64,000 nt of DNA. It comes from an uncultured Bacteroidota bacterium (GTDB lineage: Bacteria > Bacteroidota > Ignavibacteria > Kryptoniales > JAKASW01). The notes beneath the pieces are model-generated. The model made no database searches. It saw nothing but the letters and a program-made list of their open reading frames with translations, and was not told where the DNA came from. Positions 17,344 through 27,736 of this stretch are shown piece after piece. Each line of letters starts with the position of its first letter. Position 1 is the stretch's first letter. The DNA is taken from NCBI GenBank assembly GCA_963703365.1, contig OY969815.1, positions 1,152,270-1,216,269 on the forward strand, in the 5' to 3' direction. The translations under genes and the position numbers were made by a program.

Positions 17344-19881
17344 ATGTTACTTGAATTGAAAGGATTTTTCAGGAAATATTTCTTTCATTTCGGCATTTTT
17401 CTCGCTCTTGTATTTATTGCGCTCGAAGTTATCGGTTTCACTCAGCTAAGTGAAATCGGAGTGAATGTGGATTCATTCAATGGTGCCAGAGGGCTTTTGG
17501 CGATCGGTATGTTCGGCAGCATCTTAACCGTTATCATATTAGCAATCCGGTTGCAAATGACGCTTTATGCACCGATCGAGCTGCTTTCAAAAAAAGTCAA
17601 CACCATGGCAGAAAAGGATTTGGCTTCTTTGTCAACCGCACTTACGGAGATGGCACAGGGTAATTTGACTTCGGGAATCAAAATGGAGATGGATGCCATC
17701 ACTACGAACGTCAACGGCAGAGTCGGCGAGATGGTAAGAGGATTGAATTCAATAATTGAACATCTCAACGAGGCAAGCAGGGAATTCAACTCCGCGACCG
17801 ACAAGCCGTGCCGAAGACTTGTGTACGTTGGTGCTGATTCTTATCTCGAAGGTCAGGCATGTGGCGACGCGATGGGTAAAGAATTGGGAGGTAAAGGTAA
17901 AGTGGCGGTCATTATCGAGAAATTTGATATTATCGCTCATGAGCTGCGGCGGAAAGGGTTTCAATATATTTTGAGAGAAAAATTTCCGTCAGTCTCTGTG
18001 ATCGAGACAAGAGAAGGACGTTTAGATCCCGAAACGACTTACAATGAAGCTAAAACTCTCCTCAGAAAACATAGCGATCTTTCAGGGATATATGTCAGTT
18101 ATGGGGGCGAAGATGCTGCAAAAGCAGTTTCCGAAATGGGCAGGGCAGGCGAAGTTAAAATTGTGTGCCATGATCTCGGTGATAAAACAATGAATTGTGT
18201 GAAGCAGGGAGTTGTAACTGCGACACTTTCGCAAGATCCATTTGCTCAAGGCCATGATCCTGTGATTCATTTGTTCAATAATATTGTGGCTAAATGGCAG
18301 CCATCCCATTCGAGAATGTTAACAAGGATGGACATAGTAACTCCTGCAAACTATACCCAATACTGGCGACAGGGTAAAGGAGTGATTGAAACCGATGAGA
18401 TGGTTGCGAGGAGACCTAAACCACTGGTGAAAGCTGGCAGCCCAGTTAAGATCGCAGTTCTCGGAAGAATAGGCACTGATTTTTGGGTTGCATTCAAATC
18501 GGGCGTAGACGCAGCAACGATTGAACTTAGAAAATTCAATGCGATGGTAGAATGGATTATTCCAAAGGGTTCACATGAGAACGGCGTCGAGGATATCACG
18601 GCGAGTGTGTTCGGTGCTGCAATCGAAGATTGTATTAAGAGAAAGTTTGATGCTATCAGCGTTGGGATATTCGATAAGAATTTGGTGTCATATATAAACA
18701 AGGCTGTTGAGAAAGGAATAGTCGTCGCGACGTTTAACAGCGAGCCGTTGAGTTTGCGCGGAATATTTTCGTCGTTGATTAGAAAATCAAAGCAGTTGTT
18801 GGATATCAGTCGTAATTTGGCTCAAACTGCACGGAAGTCAGTTGAGGAGTCAAACCAAAATGCTGGTACGATCCAGCAGATGGCGAAGAGCTTGAACGAC
18901 GAAGCTGTTTCAATCAACAGGTCGAGCACAAACATGGAACAGATAGCATCGGCGATAGAGTCAATCGCAAGAGACTCTCATGAGCAGAAAATAGCTGTCG
19001 AAAAAGTCTCCGCTTCTGCAGTAGAAATTTCAGAGGCTGTTGATTCCGTCGACTCAAATGCGAACAAAGTGGTGGCAGCATCTTCAGAAGCAATCAGTGT
19101 GGCAAAGCAGGGCGTGGATGCTGTAATGCGGAACCTAGAACAGATGATGAAGATTGAGGAGACGGTCGGAGTCTTTGCTTCGAAGATCGAAAGGATGGCT
19201 GACCAGTCGGAGCAAATAGAAAAAATAATTGAAACCATCGAGGACATCGCGGAACAAACGAATCTTCTTGCACTGAATGCCGCGATAGAGGCTGCACGAG
19301 CGGGTGAACATGGCAGAGGATTCGCCGTTGTTGCGGACGAAGTCCGGAAGCTTGCGGAGAGATCTGCAGCCGCAACTAAGCAAACTTCAAAGCTTATAAA
19401 TAAAGTGCAAAGTGATATTTCCGACGCAAGTCAGTCAATAAGGTCAATAGTAGAAAAAGTAAAAGATGGCGCAACTCTTGCGAATAGCTCAGGCGAAGCC
19501 ATCAATAAACTTCTCACTTCTTCGCAAAATATGAGCGGACAAATAGATATGGTGGCAAAAGCAAACAGCGCAGTTGTCAGAATTATGTCGGGGCTTGTCA
19601 GCTCAATCGAAAAAATTTCTGCCGTTGTCGATCAAAATATGGGAGCAACTGAAGAATTGAGCGCAGGAGTCCGTCATACTGTCGAGATGATAAACAGTAT
19701 AACTGAAATAAGCGGAGCCAACGCGGCGACTATAAATGAGATTTCTGAGAAAATGATCAAAACGACACGTGAAGCTGAAGATGTCGGTAAAGTTGCCTCC
19801 GGGTTGGCTGCGATGGCAGACGAGCTGCAAGCTTCCACGGCACAATTCAAAATAGAGTCGGATGGAATAAGCAAGAACTAA
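17344..19881 (+). CDS. methyl-accepting chemotaxis protein with cytoplasmic periplasmic-binding-protein-like (PBP1, sugar-binding type) sensor region
   Basis: Two N-terminal TM helices with a short loop, then a HAMP-like segment. About 300 aa follow with RbsB/LacI-type PBP motifs ([68 protein letters not shown]). The MCP signalling hairpin is [38 protein letters not shown]. Confidence 0.85.
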   Translation: MLLELKGFFRKYFFHFGIFLALVFIALEVIGFTQLSEIGVNVDSFNGARGLLAIGMFGSILTVIILAIRLQMTLYAPIELLSKKVNTMAEKDLASLSTALTEMAQGNLTSGIKMEMDAITTNVNGRVGEMVRGLNSIIEHLNEASREFNSATDKPCRRLVYVGADSYLEGQACGDAMGKELGGKGKVAVIIEKFDIIAHELRRKGFQYILREKFPSVSVIETREGRLDPETTYNEAKTLLRKHSDLSGIYVSYGGEDAAKAVSEMGRAGEVKIVCHDLGDKTMNCVKQGVVTATLSQDPFAQGHDPVIHLFNNIVAKWQPSHSRMLTRMDIVTPANYTQYWRQGKGVIETDEMVARRPKPLVKAGSPVKIAVLGRIGTDFWVAFKSGVDAATIELRKFNAMVEWIIPKGSHENGVEDITASVFGAAIEDCIKRKFDAISVGIFDKNLVSYINKAVEKGIVVATFNSEPLSLRGIFSSLIRKSKQLLDISRNLAQTARKSVEESNQNAGTIQQMAKSLNDEAVSINRSSTNMEQIASAIESIARDSHEQKIAVEKVSASAVEISEAVDSVDSNANKVVAASSEAISVAKQGVDAVMRNLEQMMKIEETVGVFASKIERMADQSEQIEKIIETIEDIAEQTNLLALNAAIEAARAGEHGRGFAVVADEVRKLAERSAAATKQTSKLINKVQSDISDASQSIRSIVEKVKDGATLANSSGEAINKLLTSSQNMSGQIDMVAKANSAVVRIMSGLVSSIEKISAVVDQNMGATEELSAGVRHTVEMINSITEISGANAATINEISEKMIKTTREAEDVGKVASGLAAMADELQASTAQFKIESDGISKN

Positions 19882-20106
19882 AAAACGATTTGAAACGATC
19901 GTTACCTTTGAGGTGACGATCATCTACCCTTATATTTTCTCTCAATTAGTGATTGAATTTTTCATCGAGGCGGTATAAACTTCTTGTCATAGAGATCAAC
20001 AGAAAAGGAGATTTGTCATATCTGGTTGACATGCGTCTAACTTAACGACTGATTTCCATTAGGAAGGTTTTAGAGAGTATTTAATCCCCATATATTTGGA
20101 GAATAC

Positions 20107-22365
20107 ATGAAAATTGTTTGTCCAAGGCTATATTCAATGTCCATGTTTGCAGCGATATTATTTTTATTTGCTGTACCATTATATTCACAACAACCGGTGA
20201 GTGGTTTGCGCCATCCATACACGCAAGCAAGTTATGACGGGGATTGGTTCAGTTTTACCGCGGGAGCTAATGTTTATTTAATTGCCGATGAAGGCGATTA
20301 CATTTGGGTTGGAGGAGAGGGTTTGACAAGATTAGAAAAAGCGACCGGCAAAATGGTGTTTTACAATAAATTAAACTCTCCTTTGCCGGATTACTGTGTC
20401 GATGCAATTGCAATTGACGGAAAGGGGAACAAGTGGATTGGTACTTACGGTGGTGGTCTTGTGAAGTTTGACGGTACAACATGGACGGTGTACGATACTT
20501 CCAAAGGCTTGCCGAACAATGTGGTTGATGCGGTTACAGTGGATGAGCAAGGGAATGTCTGGATTGGAACAAACGACGGTGGTCTCGTAAAATTCGACGG
20601 AGTTAATTTCACAATCTATAACAGAAACAATTCCGGTTTGCCGACTGATATTGTCGATGCCATTGCTGTCGATTCGCTGGGGAATAAATGGATTGGCACC
20701 TATGGGGAAGGGCTCGTGAAGTTCGACGGAACGAATTGGACGGTATATGATACTACCAACGGTTTGGCGGACAATTTTGTCAATGCCGTCACGATAGACC
20801 AACAAGGAAACAAGTGGGTTGGAACGAACGGGAAAGGCATCGTTAAGTTTGACGGAACAAATTGGACGGTGTATGACACAACAAATAATTCCGGCTTACA
20901 ATTGGATGACGTAACTTCAATCGCAATCGATGCTCAAGGGAACAAATGGATCGGGACATACGGGAGTATCGGGCTCGCAAAATTTGACGGAACAAATTGG
21001 ACACTTTATAATATTGGAAATTCCGGATTGCCAGATGATGATATTTATTCCGTAGCGGTCGATTCGCAGGGAAACGCGTGGATTGGGACATGGTACAGTG
21101 GCCTAGCAAGATTTGACGGAACAAATTGGACTATATATAGCGCCGGCGGCAACTCAGGGCTTCCGAATAATACCGTGAATGCAATTGCAATAGATAGCCG
21201 GGACAATAGATGGATCGGAATGGCATCCGGCGGAATCGCTGAATTTGATGGAACAAACTGGTTTGTGGATAATGCGGGCGGGAATTCCGGTTTGCCGTAT
21301 TATTATATTTACACAATCGCTATAGATAAGGATGGCAACAAGTGGATCGGAGCAGAAGCCGGTGGGCTTGCAAAATTCAACGGAACAAATTGGACGTATT
21401 ATGGTGCCGTGGTAGATTCAGGTTTGCCGAGTGTCTATGTGAGAGCGATTGCGATAGACGACAGCAATAATAAATGGATTGGAACCGATGGCGGTGGACT
21501 TGCCGTGCTCAGAGATACAACTTGGACGACTTATAATACAAGCAACTCCAAAATTTCAAGCAACTCCATAGTTGCGGTTGCAATTGATCAGCAGGATAAC
21601 AAATGGGTCGGGACGGCCGGCTCAGGCCTCGCAAAGTTTGATGGGACAAATTGGACAACTTATAACTTGGGCAATTTGGGTAATGAAGCTAATAATTTGG
21701 GTTATGAAGCCAATTATGTTTGGACAATTGCCATAGACGGAGAAGGAAATAAATGGATCGGGACATACGGCAGCGGACTTATAAAATTCGATGGCACAAA
21801 CTGGACCGTTTATAATACTAGCAATTCAAGTATACCTGATAACTACGTCACATCAATTGCGATTGACACTAGTGGCGATATATGGATCGGAACTTACGGA
21901 GGTGGTGGTGCGAAATTTGATGGGACAAATTGGACTATTTATAATACAACTAATTCCGGTTTGACAGATGATAGAATCAATGCGATTGCAATCGATGAGC
22001 AAGGCAACAAATGGTTCGGAACGGATTTTGGCGGGTTAAATGTTTATAATGAAAGTGGGATTGTTCTTACGGCAGTCAATCGAAAAGGAGACCAGCAGCC
22101 GACCACTTTCTCGCTTTCTCAGAATTATCCGAATCCGTTCAATCCGAGCACGGCGATCAGCTATCAGGTTTCGTCGAGCGGTCAGATCACTTTGAAAGTT
22201 TATGATGTACTTGGTAGAGAAGTAGCGACTCTGGTGAATGCGAAACAAAATGTTGGAAACTACGCAGTTAGATTCGACGCAAGCAAGCTATCGAGTGGGG
22301 TCTATTTCTATCGGTTGGATGCCGTAGAGTATTCCAAGACAATGAAAATGATTCTTGTGAAATGA
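20107..22365 (+). CDS. secreted 14-blade two-component-regulator-propeller repeat protein with T9SS C-terminal sorting domain
   Basis: Signal peptide, then 14 copies of GNKWIGT.GGGL.KFDGTNWT.Y....SGLP.N.V.AIAID... The C-terminus FSLSQNYPNPFNPSTAISYQV..GVYFYRLDA..MKMILVK is typical of Por/T9SS secretion tails. Confidence 0.85.
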   Translation: MKIVCPRLYSMSMFAAILFLFAVPLYSQQPVSGLRHPYTQASYDGDWFSFTAGANVYLIADEGDYIWVGGEGLTRLEKATGKMVFYNKLNSPLPDYCVDAIAIDGKGNKWIGTYGGGLVKFDGTTWTVYDTSKGLPNNVVDAVTVDEQGNVWIGTNDGGLVKFDGVNFTIYNRNNSGLPTDIVDAIAVDSLGNKWIGTYGEGLVKFDGTNWTVYDTTNGLADNFVNAVTIDQQGNKWVGTNGKGIVKFDGTNWTVYDTTNNSGLQLDDVTSIAIDAQGNKWIGTYGSIGLAKFDGTNWTLYNIGNSGLPDDDIYSVAVDSQGNAWIGTWYSGLARFDGTNWTIYSAGGNSGLPNNTVNAIAIDSRDNRWIGMASGGIAEFDGTNWFVDNAGGNSGLPYYYIYTIAIDKDGNKWIGAEAGGLAKFNGTNWTYYGAVVDSGLPSVYVRAIAIDDSNNKWIGTDGGGLAVLRDTTWTTYNTSNSKISSNSIVAVAIDQQDNKWVGTAGSGLAKFDGTNWTTYNLGNLGNEANNLGYEANYVWTIAIDGEGNKWIGTYGSGLIKFDGTNWTVYNTSNSSIPDNYVTSIAIDTSGDIWIGTYGGGGAKFDGTNWTIYNTTNSGLTDDRINAIAIDEQGNKWFGTDFGGLNVYNESGIVLTAVNRKGDQQPTTFSLSQNYPNPFNPSTAISYQVSSSGQITLKVYDVLGREVATLVNAKQNVGNYAVRFDASKLSSGVYFYRLDAVEYSKTMKMILVK
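20290..22072 (+). repeat. tandem array of about 14 coding repeats (about 45-50 codons each) forming the propeller blades
   Basis: Periodic recurrence of aaatggattgg.ac / ttcgacgg.ac.aattggac at the DNA level and of the blade motif at the protein level. Confidence 0.85.
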
Positions 22366-22386
22366 TATTTCGGCTGGATTTTTATT

Positions 22387-23304
22387 TCAGAATTGGAAAG
22401 AAATATTAATCCCAGTTGGAATGATTTCGTTTGGTAAACCGACGTTGGCATTTTTTGATGAAATAGAATTATCTGGTGTATAGACTCTTCTATAGTATTT
22501 GCCGACTGTTGACCCTACAGCATACGACATTAACGCACCCGCGATTGCGTCAGAGAACCAATGCATACCACCACGGTTGACGGATGTAACTCCGAACATT
22601 GTATAGGCAACGAGTCCATATCCTGCAAATTTAAGCCATGTTTTATCAGGGTAGTAGTTTGTCAATGCTGACACGACAGCCATGGTCGCTACGGTGTGTC
22701 CAGATGGCCACCCCCAGTAAAGTCCTCCGCGCAAAAACCCGAACCGAAAAGTCTTGCTCAGGCTGTCCATATCACCATTATTTCTCCAATCAGGATTTGG
22801 TCTACCTGTTATTGCCTTCAATGTCGAGTTGTATATTAACTCGATTAAACTTGCCTGCAACACAGCGAACGATGCGCCTAATGTTTCTTTATCATTTCTT
22901 ATTTTGGCATAAGCAAATAAACCACCGCCTGCTGCTAAAGGAAGGAATTGTCCGCTGTATAATATGGGGCGTGCCCATTTACCATATTTTTCGTGCTCAT
23001 TAAAAAAACTTTCGACATGGTAGTCAACGTCTTCGTTAACAAGTATGTAAGTCGAAGCGATGGCCGCGAGATGGAGATACGCATTAGTGCCTTTAAAGCT
23101 ATCCAAAATGTTGTCGCCGAAATTTCCGAAAAGATTCTGACTGTTGTTTCCCATCGCAGATTCCTTTTGTTGAAACGAGAGTGGCGTACCTGGAGTTATT
23201 TGAAGCTGCAGATTATTTAACATTTGCGCGCCTGCTGTCGTCGTCAGGATTGAAATTATAATGCCAGTGATTAATATTAAGCGACGATGTTCATGTGCCA
23301 TCAT
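22387..23304 (-). CDS. PAP2-superfamily phosphatase (membrane/periplasmic)
   Basis: The three PAP2 motifs are present: KAITGRPNP, PSGHT and HWFSDAIAG. Signal/TM N-terminus. Confidence 0.75.
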   Translation of the reverse strand: MMAHEHRRLILITGIIISILTTTAGAQMLNNLQLQITPGTPLSFQQKESAMGNNSQNLFGNFGDNILDSFKGTNAYLHLAAIASTYILVNEDVDYHVESFFNEHEKYGKWARPILYSGQFLPLAAGGGLFAYAKIRNDKETLGASFAVLQASLIELIYNSTLKAITGRPNPDWRNNGDMDSLSKTFRFGFLRGGLYWGWPSGHTVATMAVVSALTNYYPDKTWLKFAGYGLVAYTMFGVTSVNRGGMHWFSDAIAGALMSYAVGSTVGKYYRRVYTPDNSISSKNANVGLPNEIIPTGINISFQF

Positions 23305-23601
23305 TTAGCCAACTTACCCTCTTTCTGTTATTTACAGTATAGTTGAAGTTTTACTTTTAAATATAAAACTTTTAGATATTAGCTTTATCAAAGAACGTTA
23401 CGGTCTTATTGAAAGATTCCCGCGAGGCGTGGAATAAAATCCAGTCAGAGCCACAACGCAAAGATGAAAACTTCAGTTGAACTACTTTAAGTTTTGAACT
23501 CTGATTTTGGCATCTGAATTTCGAACTTTGACTTTGGTTTCTGCCTTGCAACTCCATCCCACGAAATATAAATTAATTTGCAAAAGGAGGATGTGTTTTA
23601 T

Positions 23602-24465
23602 ATGAAGAATACTCTAAAAACGGTGTTCTTTATGAGTTTAATGATGGTTTTGTTTCTGTTCATAGGAAACATGATTGGTGGAAAGACAGGCATGACGTAT
23701 GCGTTTCTCTTTAGTCTCGCTATGAATTTCTTCGCTTATTGGTTTTCCGATAAAATGGTACTGATGAGTTATCATGCAAAGCAAGTAACGGAAGCGGAAG
23801 CGCCGCGATTATATGCTATGGTACATCGCCTCGCGACTCGGGCAAACATTCCAATGCCAAAACTTTATATGGTTCCGACGGAAACACCGAACGCATTTGC
23901 AACAGGAAGAAATCCACGGCACGCTGCCGTTGCAGTCACTGACGGAATAATGAGAATTTTGAGCGACGAAGAATTAGAAGCGGTTATCGGGCACGAACTT
24001 TCTCATGTGCTTCACAGGGATATTTTGACGTCAACAATTGTGGCAACATTTGCCGGGACGATTACTTATCTCGCACAGATGTTGAGCTGGTCGATGTTCT
24101 TCTTTGGAGGCGGAGGTCGCGGACGAAACAACGATTCTTCAGCCATTGGCCAACTTTTTGTTATAATTGTCGCGCCGATTGCTGCAATATTAATTCAATT
24201 AGCAATATCACGTTCGCGGGAGTACAAAGCAGATGAGAGCGGGGCGAAACTTTCCGTGAAGCCGCTTTCGCTCGCGAGCGCACTTCAGAAATTGCAGCTC
24301 GGCGCTCAGCAGATTCCTATGCAGGCACAGCCTTCAACCGCACACCTTTTTATAGTTAATCCCTTAAATGCACAATCGTTCGCGAGGCTTTTCAGCACAC
24401 ATCCTCCAACAGAAAAGCGGATTGCAAAGCTTGAAGCATTAGCAGCAGGAAAAAATCTCTACTGA
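23602..24465 (+). CDS. htpX: membrane zinc metalloprotease HtpX (M48)
   Basis: HELSHVLHRD zinc motif, four hydrophobic segments and a C-terminal ..STHPPTEKRI. ATG 23602 follows AAGGAGG, so I prefer it to TTG 23578. Confidence 0.85.
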   Translation: MKNTLKTVFFMSLMMVLFLFIGNMIGGKTGMTYAFLFSLAMNFFAYWFSDKMVLMSYHAKQVTEAEAPRLYAMVHRLATRANIPMPKLYMVPTETPNAFATGRNPRHAAVAVTDGIMRILSDEELEAVIGHELSHVLHRDILTSTIVATFAGTITYLAQMLSWSMFFFGGGGRGRNNDSSAIGQLFVIIVAPIAAILIQLAISRSREYKADESGAKLSVKPLSLASALQKLQLGAQQIPMQAQPSTAHLFIVNPLNAQSFARLFSTHPPTEKRIAKLEALAAGKNLY

Positions 24466-24481
24466 GAACCGAGGAGACATT

Positions 24482-25765
24482 ATGGACACGGTAACTTACA
24501 AAGAACCGGCCCCAATTTTGGATAAAGAAAATCCGTTCGAATCTATGATGGAGCGATTTGACGTTGCAGCCGAATTGTTGGAACTTGAAAGCGGGGTCTA
24601 TGAATATTTGAAGACCCCTGTAAAACAGGTGATTGTCTCGATTCCGATACAAATGGACAACGGCGAGATTGAAGTGTTCGAGGGTTATCGCGTGATCCAC
24701 AATGATGCGCTCGGTCCATCAAAAGGTGGAATTCGATATGCTCCCGATATTACTCTTGATGAAATGAAAGCGCTTGCTGCCTGGATGACTTGGAAATGTT
24801 CGATTGCAAATATTCCTTTCGGCGGGGCAAAAGGTGGAGTTAAGTGCGATCCTACAAGACTCACGCTGGTTGAGCTTGAGAAAATCACACGGCGATTCAC
24901 CGCGAATATGCTCGATATTTTCGGACCGGATAAAGATGTGCCGGCGCCTGATATGAATACGAACGAGCAGATCATGGCGTGGATAATGGACACTTACAGC
25001 ATGCACACTCGACGCACTGAGACTGCAGTCGTGACGGGCAAGCCCTTGATAATCGGCGGCTCGCTTGGAAGAAAGGAAGCCACGGGACGCGGTGTCATGG
25101 TCTCAACTTTGGCATCCATGGCACGCATCGGATTGAATGTGAAACAGACAACTTGCGCCGTGCAGGGATTCGGAAATGTCGGTTCGGTATCTGCAAAATT
25201 ATTGAGCGACCAAGGACTGAAAGTCCTCGCAGTGAGTGATATCAGCGGCGGCTATTACAATAAAAAAGGTATCGATATCAATCGGGCAATTGAGTGGGCA
25301 CAAAAGCATAGAACTCTTGAAGGGGGCGGAATCGGCGATTCTATCACGAACGAAGGACTTCTTGAAATTGAAACAGACATTCTCGTCCCCGCGGCGAAGG
25401 AAGATCAAATCACTGCACAGAACGCGTCTAAGATAAAAGCGAAAATAATTGTCGAAGGTGCAAACGGTCCGACGGTTGCAAAAGCAGATCCGATTCTTGA
25501 TGATAAAGGCATTCTTGTAGTTCCGGACATACTCGCAAATTCAGGCGGCGTAACCGTGAGCTATTTTGAATGGGTGCAGGATAGGCAGGGGTTTTTCTGG
25601 ACACTCGATAGAGTTAATCGCCGTCTCGATCGGATGATGCATGACGCTTTCAATAATGTTTTTCAGACTGCAGAAAAATACAAAGTCTCGATGCGCCTCG
25701 GCGCATACATCTTGGCAATCGATAAAGTTGCGAAGACTCTTAAGATTCGCGGAATTTATGCGTAA
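24482..25765 (+). CDS. gdhA: Glu/Leu/Phe/Val-family glutamate dehydrogenase
   Basis: SKGGIRY, PFGGAKGGVKCDP and the nucleotide-binding motif VQGFGNVG. 427 aa. Confidence 0.9.
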   Translation: MDTVTYKEPAPILDKENPFESMMERFDVAAELLELESGVYEYLKTPVKQVIVSIPIQMDNGEIEVFEGYRVIHNDALGPSKGGIRYAPDITLDEMKALAAWMTWKCSIANIPFGGAKGGVKCDPTRLTLVELEKITRRFTANMLDIFGPDKDVPAPDMNTNEQIMAWIMDTYSMHTRRTETAVVTGKPLIIGGSLGRKEATGRGVMVSTLASMARIGLNVKQTTCAVQGFGNVGSVSAKLLSDQGLKVLAVSDISGGYYNKKGIDINRAIEWAQKHRTLEGGGIGDSITNEGLLEIETDILVPAAKEDQITAQNASKIKAKIIVEGANGPTVAKADPILDDKGILVVPDILANSGGVTVSYFEWVQDRQGFFWTLDRVNRRLDRMMHDAFNNVFQTAEKYKVSMRLGAYILAIDKVAKTLKIRGIYA

Positions 25766-26406
25766 TGAAGTATCAATTCTCATTTGGAGTTTTTACATTC
25801 GTAATTTTCTTATCAGCGGGCGGAGATTACGCTCGCGCGAATGGTGGTACACAAGGACACATTTCCACGAACTACGAGGTTCTTAACTCACAAGTTGGTA
25901 TAGTAGCCGATTCGGTACTTTCTGTACTTGTGCGGCATAGGCAAGCGGTTGTCAACTATGAGCGATCTGCAATCGGTCCACGGGAAGTTAATAATTTTGT
26001 GCGTCAAAGAATCGAGGAGCATTTGTTAGAAAACAAGATACGAGTAGTGATGGATTCATCGACGGCCGCGTCTTTGAAAGTTGCTGTGCAACTGGTCGAG
26101 GTAACTTACTCCGCTCCGATTGCATCTCATATTTTCAGCTCATCGGAAGTCGTGAGAACTATTCGGTCGGCTTACGATATTGAGATGGCTGACAGCGGAG
26201 AAGTCAGATTTGCCAAGTCTTACTCATTTTCTTTTGCGGACACAGTTAAGCAAAGTCGAATACCGGAATTGGAAACGGGCTCGTATGAATTTCTCCATGG
26301 AAGGAGTGATCCAGCCGGGTTTCTCGATACAATCTTTCAGCCTCTGGTGTTTGCCGCTTCCGCTGCAATCATAGTCTATCTTTTTTTTACGTTAAGAGGT
26401 TCTTGA
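25765..26406 (+). CDS. hypothetical exported/membrane protein
   Basis: N-terminal signal-like and C-terminal hydrophobic segments. The start overlaps the gdhA stop (TAATG). I recognise no motif. Confidence 0.4.
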   Translation: MKYQFSFGVFTFVIFLSAGGDYARANGGTQGHISTNYEVLNSQVGIVADSVLSVLVRHRQAVVNYERSAIGPREVNNFVRQRIEEHLLENKIRVVMDSSTAASLKVAVQLVEVTYSAPIASHIFSSSEVVRTIRSAYDIEMADSGEVRFAKSYSFSFADTVKQSRIPELETGSYEFLHGRSDPAGFLDTIFQPLVFAASAAIIVYLFFTLRGS

Positions 26407-27195
26407 ATGAAATTTAAGTCATCCATCATCTATCGACTATCAGCTGGGCTAGTATTAATTGGTTCTGCATTTATTTTTGCATCTTGTTCATCAACTCAAG
26501 AATTAACTGTGCAAGGAGCCGGGAAGACGTTTCGAGACGGAATGGAATTACTGAATGATAAAGATTATTTGAAGGCAAAGGATCAGTTTGACATAGTGGT
26601 GAAGCAGTATCCGGCGAGCGCTTATGCGGACAGCGCTCAGTTCTATCTTGCCGAAACTTATTTTGATGAGACAGAGTATGTAACTGCTGCATTCGAATTT
26701 GGTAATTTATTTACCAACTATCCATCATCCAAACTTGCTCCCGAAGCGAGATTCAAAATTGCAGAGTGCTACGCAGCTGAAACTCCGCGTGTTCAATTGG
26801 ATCAAGAAAGCAGCCTGAAGGCAATTGATGCATTCCAAAATTTCATAGACTATTATCCCAACAGCCCATTAGTTCCCGATGCCGAGAAGGAAATAACGGA
26901 CCTTAGAAATAAATTAGCTCAGAAATATTATGACACCGCTCAACTGTACACAACGATGGATTATTATAAAGCGGCGATCGTTTATTACGACATTATCCTC
27001 GATCAATACCATGATTCGAACGTTGCCGACAAAGCGGCAATTGGAAAAATTAAAGTGTTAATAGTGCGACATAAAGACGATGAGGCAAGAGCTGCGCTTC
27101 AAAAGTTTTATACTATGTTTCCGAAGTCGGATCTAAGACTGGAAGCCGATGAGCTTGCTCGCACATTGAATCTTGAAATCAGTCATGAGCCATGA
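26407..27195 (+). CDS. bamD: outer-membrane protein assembly factor BamD-like TPR lipoprotein
   Basis: Lipobox IFASCSS, with TPR-like repeats and the ..YPSSKLAPEARFKIAECY.. / ..YYKAAIVYYDIILDQY.. pattern of BamD/YfiO. Confidence 0.7.
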   Translation: MKFKSSIIYRLSAGLVLIGSAFIFASCSSTQELTVQGAGKTFRDGMELLNDKDYLKAKDQFDIVVKQYPASAYADSAQFYLAETYFDETEYVTAAFEFGNLFTNYPSSKLAPEARFKIAECYAAETPRVQLDQESSLKAIDAFQNFIDYYPNSPLVPDAEKEITDLRNKLAQKYYDTAQLYTTMDYYKAAIVYYDIILDQYHDSNVADKAAIGKIKVLIVRHKDDEARAALQKFYTMFPKSDLRLEADELARTLNLEISHEP

Positions 27196-27223
27196 ACTAT
27201 AAGCGAAGAATTACCGGGCTAAC

Positions 27224-27736
27224 ATGAAACGTGAGGGAAAATCTGTAAGTGTATCGCAGGTCGAGATGGTGGAACTCGTATTGCCTAATGACACAAATCA
27301 GCTTGGAAATTTACTCGGCGGCAGACTCATGCACTGGATAGATATCGTTGCGGCCATGGCAGCGACGAGACATTCCAATCACGTCTGTGTAACGGCAGCG
27401 GTTGATGAACTCAGGTTCCTTCATCCGGTAAAATTAGGAGAACTTGTAATTCTGAAGTCAAGCGTAAATAGAGTTTTTAATACATCAATGGAAGTTGGGG
27501 TGAAAGTGTTTTCGGAGAATCCCCTGACAGGGGAGAAAAAGCATTCGAATTCTGCTTATTTAACTTTTGTAAGTATAGACCAGGACAGTAAACCGAATAA
27601 AGCTGTACCAGTATATCCGGAATCTCAGGAAGAAAAACGCAGGTATGAGCAAGCATTGTTCAGGCGTGAGCAGCGTCTTCGTCACCGAGAGGAGACAAAT
27701 CGAATTTGGTCTGAACGATCCAGTGAACAGGGGTAA
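27224..27736 (+). CDS. acyl-CoA thioesterase (hotdog fold, YciA-like)
   Basis: VELVLPNDTNQLGNLLGGRLMHWIDIVAAMAA .. VTAAVDELRFLHPV is typical of hotdog acyl-CoA thioesterases. Confidence 0.75.
   Translation: MKREGKSVSVSQVEMVELVLPNDTNQLGNLLGGRLMHWIDIVAAMAATRHSNHVCVTAAVDELRFLHPVKLGELVILKSSVNRVFNTSMEVGVKVFSENPLTGEKKHSNSAYLTFVSIDQDSKPNKAVPVYPESQEEKRRYEQALFRREQRLRHREETNRIWSERSSEQG

Noticed and set aside
20290-22072. Strong DNA periodicity that could be mistaken for a CRISPR or satellite array
   Set aside because: The period is about 140 bp with diverged units. A single continuous ORF encodes recognisable propeller blades, there is no repeat-spacer structure, and no cas genes are present.
23508-23523. 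Sigma-54-like TGGCAT-N5-TTTCG, 80 nt upstream of htpX
   Set aside because: The essential -12 GC dinucleotide is missing (TC instead), and the -24 element also deviates. Other TGGCAC occurrences in the window (for example 36441, 45470, 53445) also lack a properly spaced TTGC.
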